From positions 288,001 through 352,000 of the forward strand of contig CAWEMM010000006.1 of assembly GCA_963810095.1 (NCBI GenBank): 64,000 nucleotides of DNA. The letters run 5' to 3'. Origin of the DNA: an uncultured Chloroflexia bacterium (GTDB lineage Bacteria; Chloroflexota; Anaerolineae; CG2-30-64-16). The translations under genes and the position numbers were made by a program. Each line of letters begins with the position of its first letter. Within the stretch, counting starts at the first letter, position 1. Shown piece by piece: positions 61,144 to 64,000 of this stretch. The notes beneath the pieces were generated by a model. It made no database searches, was not told the DNA's origin, and saw only the letters and a program-made list of their open reading frames with translations.

Positions 61144-61965
61144 ATGTTAGAAGCCCCCTATCCCGAGTTGAATGAGCTCCTGGTTTTGATCGGCGAAGCT
61201 GGGAGCCGCATGTCGGAAATCGAAGCAACCGAGGGCGCGGCGGGTAACATCTCGCTGTACATCGGCTGGCCCCTTGACCCCCGGCGCACCTTCCCCAACG
61301 TGGAGACGATTGACCTGCCGGATGCGATCCCCGAGCTTGCCGGCAAGGCGTTCCTGATCACCGGTTCGGGCCGGCGCCTACGCGAGATTATCGACAACCC
61401 GGCGGCCAACTTGGGGTACCTGTTGGTGGACGAAGGCGGCCAGACCGGCCAACTGCACACCGCACCCAGCCGGCTTTTCGAGAAGCTGACGAGCGAGTTC
61501 AACTCGCACCTGGCCGTGCACCGCGACCAGGTCCGGCTGACGGGCACCAACTTCCACGCCGTGCTGCACGCCCAGCCGCCGCATTTGACCTATCTCAGCC
61601 ACATCCCCCGCTACCGGGACGAGAAGTATCTGAACCAGCACATCCTGCGCTGGGAGCCGGAGACGATCGTCAACCTGCCGGAGGGCATCGGTATGATCCC
61701 GTTCAAGCTGCCCGGCTCGGCCGAGCTGATGGCGTCGACGGTGCAGTCGTTGCGGACGCATCGCATCGTGCTCTGGGCGAAGCACGGCGTAGTGGCGCGG
61801 TCAGACGTCTCGGTCAAGCGTGCGTCCGATCGCATTGAGTATGCGGAAACCGGCGCTCGCTACGAATACATGAATCTCACCAACCGGGAAGCCGGCGAAG
61901 GGCTAACCGTCGAGGAAATCCGCACCATCTGCGCGGCTTTCAACGTGCAGCAGGCGATTTACTAA
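61144..61965 (+). CDS. rhamnulose-1-phosphate aldolase-like class II aldolase
   Basis: EGAAGNIS, ITGSG, TSEFNSH, LHAQP, WEPE, PGS.EL, WAKHG. Confidence 0.85.
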   Translation: MLEAPYPELNELLVLIGEAGSRMSEIEATEGAAGNISLYIGWPLDPRRTFPNVETIDLPDAIPELAGKAFLITGSGRRLREIIDNPAANLGYLLVDEGGQTGQLHTAPSRLFEKLTSEFNSHLAVHRDQVRLTGTNFHAVLHAQPPHLTYLSHIPRYRDEKYLNQHILRWEPETIVNLPEGIGMIPFKLPGSAELMASTVQSLRTHRIVLWAKHGVVARSDVSVKRASDRIEYAETGARYEYMNLTNREAGEGLTVEEIRTICAAFNVQQAIY

Positions 61966-62146
61966 ACGAAAGCTGCATGAACTCGCTGCCAGACCGTCGG
62001 GCTCGGAGACCCCGAAGGTCGCCAGGTGCGCAGCTCACGACGGGACGTTTGGAAGCTTCTGTCGCCGCCCCAGCCACCACGACCAACAGGGCGAACGAAA
62101 CTCCTCAGTGCTTCACTGAACTTCTCCCCGGGGAGCCGGCTGCTGC

Positions 62147-62662
62147 TCAGCCCGCGCCGACGGGCTCGACCACAATTTCGACATTATTCGCCGGCGCGCC
62201 GCGGGTCAGCACAGGGTTCATTGTGGTGCTGATCCACCTTAGCTTGCCGTCGACTGTGATACGCGCGCTGACCGCGTAGGTCATTCGCGGGTCGATGGCC
62301 GACGGATCATAACCGAGCGAATAAGGGATCGGGACTTGCTTGCCCTGCGTCTCGATCGTCTGCGAGGCTACGAGTATTGCAGGCGCATCGGCGCGCGAAA
62401 CATCTTGGAGCTTGACCTCGACCACCGCATTTGACGGCAACGCGATGCGCTGACGATACGTCACAGTGCCGGTGATCGCGGTCATAGCCGGCCCAGGGAC
62501 GGGCGTCGGGGTTTGCATTCTCTCAGTCATCAATTCACTTGCTCCGGCGGCGGTGCTATCCCGTCCGGGAAAGACGGGTGGGAGGGCCGTACAGCCTGCG
62601 GCAACGCCGAGGACGACCAGCAAAAGGGCATAGACGGTACGGTATCGCGGATGGGAACGCAT
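62147..62662 (-). CDS. YbaY family lipoprotein
   Basis: AAGC lipobox; GTVTYRQRIALP..A...V.LQDVSRADAPA, QVPIPY.L.YD. Confidence 0.88.
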   Translation of the reverse strand: MRSHPRYRTVYALLLVVLGVAAGCTALPPVFPGRDSTAAGASELMTERMQTPTPVPGPAMTAITGTVTYRQRIALPSNAVVEVKLQDVSRADAPAILVASQTIETQGKQVPIPYSLGYDPSAIDPRMTYAVSARITVDGKLRWISTTMNPVLTRGAPANNVEIVVEPVGAG

Positions 62663-62765
62663 CAACACTCCTCCCTTAAGCTACAGGGCGCGGAAATCTC
62701 TCCCGCTGTCAATCAGTGGGCGGCCTGGACACACGTTATACAGAAGCGAGACAGGACTCTGTAAC

Positions 62766-63317
62766 TCACACTACACGGCGAAATTCGCCGTACACCTCGG
62801 CCAGCGCTCCAGGGGTGTAGTGGGCGTTCAGGCCGCTGGGATTCGGTAGAATCCACAGCCGAGCCCCGCCGAGCCGCTCGGGCTGTTCGCCCAACACCGC
62901 GTTGCGCTGCCCGAAAGCGTCGCGGTAAGCGGTCACGCCCAGCACGGCGACCACCCGCGGGCCGTATTCGCGCACCTTCGCGGCCAGAACCCGGCCGCCT
63001 TCCAGCAGTTCCGCCGGGGTCAACTCGGCCGCGCTGGCTGTCGCGCGCGTCACGAGGTTCGTAATCCCGTAACCGAGCGGCAACAGGTCGCGCTCCTCCT
63101 GGGGCCGGAAGAGGCGGGGCGTGAAGCCGGCCGCGTACAACGTCGGCCAAAACCGGTTGCCCGGCCGCGCGAAGTGATGGCCGGTGTGCCCGGAGTAGAG
63201 GCCCGGGTTAATGCCGCAGAAGAGCACGGTCAGCCCGGGGCCGATGACGTCCGGCACGGTCTTGCCGTACGCTGCTTGGAGGTCGGCGGGCGTTGGTTTG
63301 GCAGGTGATGATCCCAT
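62766..63317 (-). CDS. mug: G/U mismatch-specific uracil-DNA glycosylase
   Basis: FCGINPGLYS, HHFARPGNRFW, GITNLV, LPNPSGLN. Confidence 0.93.
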   Translation of the reverse strand: MGSSPAKPTPADLQAAYGKTVPDVIGPGLTVLFCGINPGLYSGHTGHHFARPGNRFWPTLYAAGFTPRLFRPQEERDLLPLGYGITNLVTRATASAAELTPAELLEGGRVLAAKVREYGPRVVAVLGVTAYRDAFGQRNAVLGEQPERLGGARLWILPNPSGLNAHYTPGALAEVYGEFRRVV

Positions 63318-63512
63318 AAGGTAATTCTGCCCCTTGTAGCGTTGATCCGAGCGTGCTATGATGCACGACACAAACCTAACACAATCGCCGTGCACGAGCA
63401 ATTCCGAGGAATTCTGTGTCGCGCTGCTGCTCGGGGCCGCCAGCCACTTGTGCCGTATTCTCAGGATCGCGTCGGAAAGACGCCATCCGGTCGCGGGAAA
63501 GGAGCGGTCACC

Positions 63513-64000
63513 ATGTCGCCACAGATGGGCAAGACAGACTCCTATTTGCTGCAATCGCTGCGCAACCTCGCTACTTCCAGGGATCTCTTCGACGATGGTC
63601 CACCTCCCACCGTAACCATGTTGATCCGACTGCGTGACCCGGCCCGATTTGTCGCGCCCGCGGGCTTCGAGGAGCTTTCCCGCATCGGCAACATCATTTC
63701 CGGTCGCGGCACGGGCGAGGCGCTTGACCTGCTGCAAAGCGACCCGAACGTGCTAGGTATCGAGGCCAGCCGCCCGGCAAAAACGCCCGAGGGCGCACCC
63801 GTCGCGCCTGCCGCGCCGATGGCGGCGTTCGTGGGGCGCGCGGGCGCCGAGACGGCCGTCATCTCCTACCCGCTCAACTTCGTCCGGGCGGCAGCCGTGC
63901 ATCAGGGCGCGCCGGCCGAAACGGGAGACGCGTGCCTGGTCGCCGTCCTGGACGGCGGCATCGATGTCTTGCACCAGGCCTTCCGCGACGATGCCGGCGC
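63513..64000 (+). CDS. S8 family serine peptidase, 5' part (runs off the window)
   Basis: AGGAG RBS; open frame MSPQMGKTD...LVAVLDGGIDVLHQAF containing the subtilase catalytic Asp motif. Confidence 0.7.
   Translation, partial: MSPQMGKTDSYLLQSLRNLATSRDLFDDGPPPTVTMLIRLRDPARFVAPAGFEELSRIGNIISGRGTGEALDLLQSDPNVLGIEASRPAKTPEGAPVAPAAPMAAFVGRAGAETAVISYPLNFVRAAAVHQGAPAETGDACLVAVLDGGIDVLHQAFRDDAG

Noticed and set aside
63318-63737. N-terminal extension of Mug in the ORF track
   Set aside because: Overlaps the divergent S8 peptidase gene and its RBS; family similarity starts near ATG 63317.

Overview
High-GC bacterial chromosomal window of about 55 genes. Gene content and intergenic repeat style suggest Chloroflexota (Anaerolineae/Caldilineae-like); this is inference. 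More than 20 apparent single-base frameshifts, including inside pcrA, point to long-read assembly error rather than gene decay. Housekeeping content: mtaB-yqeY-pgpH-like-ybeY-dgkA, MoxR-DUF58-S8 protease, an OmpR/sensor pair, cinA-C, intein-containing pcrA, maf, yitJ, T-box-valS, melA, a ClC channel, rhlE and mug. I saw no rRNA, tRNA, CRISPR array, transposase or prophage. Most interesting: (1) a hut-like operon (ftcd-hutU-hutI-hutH) whose three core enzymes all carry substitutions in substrate-binding motifs, suggesting catabolism of a modified histidine; (2) an operon of ferredoxin, flavoprotein reductase, di-heme-b membrane protein and ~21-heme cytochrome c that looks like a transmembrane electron conduit, plus a second CbcL-like cytochrome locus with four tethered diheme modules; (3) a ~240-nt multi-stem leader, not M-box-like, upstream of an MgtE-N/CBS + NRAMP-related Mg2+ transporter operon (candidate new riboswitch); (4) a PcrA intein with a GIY-YIG-like rather than LAGLIDADG insert; (5) several families of dispersed palindromic repeats and an AT-rich 35-bp inverted repeat.
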